A stretch of DNA of 64,000 nucleotides from Mobula hypostoma. Lineage: Eukaryota. Positions 62,300 to 64,000 of the stretch are shown piece by piece. Numbering within the stretch: the stretch's first letter is position 1; each line of letters starts with the position of its first letter. Location: positions 12,648,001-12,712,000 of the forward strand of contig NC_086097.1 of the NCBI RefSeq assembly GCF_963921235.1, read 5' to 3'. Both the position numbers and the translations under genes were made by a program. Under the pieces are notes generated by a model. It worked only from the letters and a program-made list of their open reading frames with translations. It was not told the DNA's origin and did no database searches.

Positions 62300-63420
62300 T
62301 CATTCCATAATCAATTCCTCTGTCTTTGTTGTATCTGCTCTCAGGACGAAGCTTTTCATTCCAGAACGGAAATAGTCTATCTCCCGATATCTTTTGAACC
62401 CACCGACTCCCACAGCTATGAGGGCTATACTCTTCTCAACCTGTCGCTTGTAAAAATACCGTTCCCTTCTCAAACACGAGGAAATCTGCAGATGCTGGAA
62501 ATTCAAGCAACACACATAAAAGTTGCTGGTGAACGCAGCAGGCCAGGCAGCATCTCTAGGAAGAGGTACTGTCGACGTTTTGGGCCGAGACCCTTCGTCA
62601 GGACTAACTGAAAGAAGAGCTAGTAAGAGATTTGAAAGTGGGAGTGGGAGGGAGAGATCCAAAATAATAGGAGAAGACAGGAGGGGGAGGGATGGAGCCA
62701 AGAGCTGGACAGGTGATTGGCAAAAGGGATATGAGAGGATCATGAGACAGGAGGCCTAGGGAGAAAGAAAAGGTGGGGGGAGGGGAAGCCCAGAGGATAG
62801 GCAAGGGGTATAGTGAGAGGGACAGAGGGAGAAAAAGGGGAGAGAGAAAAAGAATGTGTGTATATAAATAAATAACAGATGGGGTAGCCTTCAACCTGAT
62901 GGCATGAACATTGACTTCTCAAACTTCCGCTAATGCCCCACCTCCCCCTCGTACCCCATCCGTTATTTATTTCTAAATACACATTCTTTTTCTCTCAGTC
63001 CTTTTTCTCCTTCTGTCGCTCTCACTATACCCCTTGCCCATCCTCTGGGTTTTCCCCCCCTCCCCCTTTTCTTTCTCCCTGGGCCTCCTGTCCCATGATC
63101 CTCTCATATCCCTTTTGCCAATCACCTGTTCAGCTCTTGGCTCCATCCCTCCCCCTCATGTCCTCTCCTATCATTTTGGATCTCCCCCTCCCCCTCCCAC
63201 TTTCAAATCTTTTACTAGCTCTTCTTTCAGTTAGTCCTGGCGAAGGGTCTTGGCCGGCAACGTTGACTGTACCTCTTCCTAGAGATGCTGCCCGGCCTGC
63301 TGCGTTCACCAGCAACTTTTATGTGTGTTGCTTACCATTCCCTTTTCTCACTTCCTCATTCTCTGCCGCATCTGCTTTCAGGATGCTGCTTTTCATTCCA
63401 GAACTAATGAGATGTCCTCC
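62300..63420 (+). pseudogene. Inverted, duplicated Penelope RT-thumb fragments (62300-62471 and 63334-63420) flanking an insertion
   Basis: QFLCLCCICSQDEAFHSRT, EPTDSHSY, and IPFSHFLILCRICFQDAAFHSRTNEMSS. Confidence 0.65.
62472..63333. mobile_element. Penelope insertion: inverted pseudo-LTR, ORF tail, pseudo-LTR
   Basis: ~62503-62885 is the reverse complement of ~62952-63333; spacer encodes SLQPDGMNIDFSNFR-stop. Confidence 0.85.
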
Positions 63421-63441
63421 TGACGTAGATTTGAAGATCAA

Positions 63442-64000
63442 CAAACACGAGAAAATCTACCGATGCTGGAAGTCAAAACAATGCACACAAAATTCTGGAG
63501 GAGCTTAGCAGGCCAGGCAGCATCTTTTGAAAAGAGTAAACAGTTGACATTTTGGACCTGTACTTTTCATCAGGACTGGAAATAAAAGATGAGAAGTCAG
63601 AACAAAAAGGTGGGGATAAGGGGAAGAAGTTTTATAAGTTAGTAGGTGATAGGAGAAACTGGGAGAGAGGGAGGATTGAAGTAAAGAGCTGGGAAGTCAA
63701 TTGGTGAAAGAGATAAAGGCTGGAGAAGGCGGGAATCTAATAGGACAGGATAGAAGACCATGAAAGAAACGGAAGAGGGAGGAGTGCCAGAGGGAGGTGA
63801 TAGGCAGGTAAGGAGATAAGTGAGAGAGAGAAATGGGAATAGGGAATGGTGAAGGAGAGGATGGGGCAATTAACTGAAGTTTGAGATATTGATGTTTATG
63901 CCATCAAGTTGGAGTCTATCCAGATGGAATACCTTCATTCTGTCTGCCATAAAAAACGAGATTTCTCAGTGGCCACCAATTTCAATTCTACTTCCTATTC
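63442..64000 (-). mobile_element. Penelope pseudo-LTR and ORF end (last ~60 bp inverted)
   Basis: TTCATCAGGACTGG near 63566-63579; GATGTTTATGCCATCAAGTTGGAG near 63890. Confidence 0.7.

Noticed and set aside
62933..63508. 191-aa Pro/Ser/Leu-rich ORF and overlapping ORFs
   Set aside because: Low-complexity reading of the pyrimidine-rich Penelope pseudo-LTR

Overview
Eukaryotic, repeat-dense genomic DNA with no host protein-coding exon, rRNA, true tRNA or CRISPR array that I can recognise. The repeat mix (CR1-type LINEs with (CATAGAAA/CCATAGA)n tails, V-domain and Deu-domain SINEs, Rex1/Babar LINEs, Penelope-like elements) suggests an intron or intergenic region of a cartilaginous fish, probably a ray; this is inference. 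Every ORF I could assign is transposon-derived, and the longest is an uninterrupted 559-aa CR1 reverse transcriptase at 13898-15577 (-). The most notable hidden structure is a dispersed set of minimal type I hammerhead ribozyme motifs (CUGANGA-stem II-GAAAC-GUC) in Penelope pseudo-LTRs. They occur on both strands and often as inverted pairs, and a second Penelope family carries a different hammerhead variant. Also present are non-autonomous RTE-derived elements with structured 5' ends (one with a speculative twister-like fold), nested insertions with readable target-site duplications, and a few repeat-free islands that could be regulatory. Family names come from recalled motifs, not database searches, and boundaries of degraded repeats are approximate.
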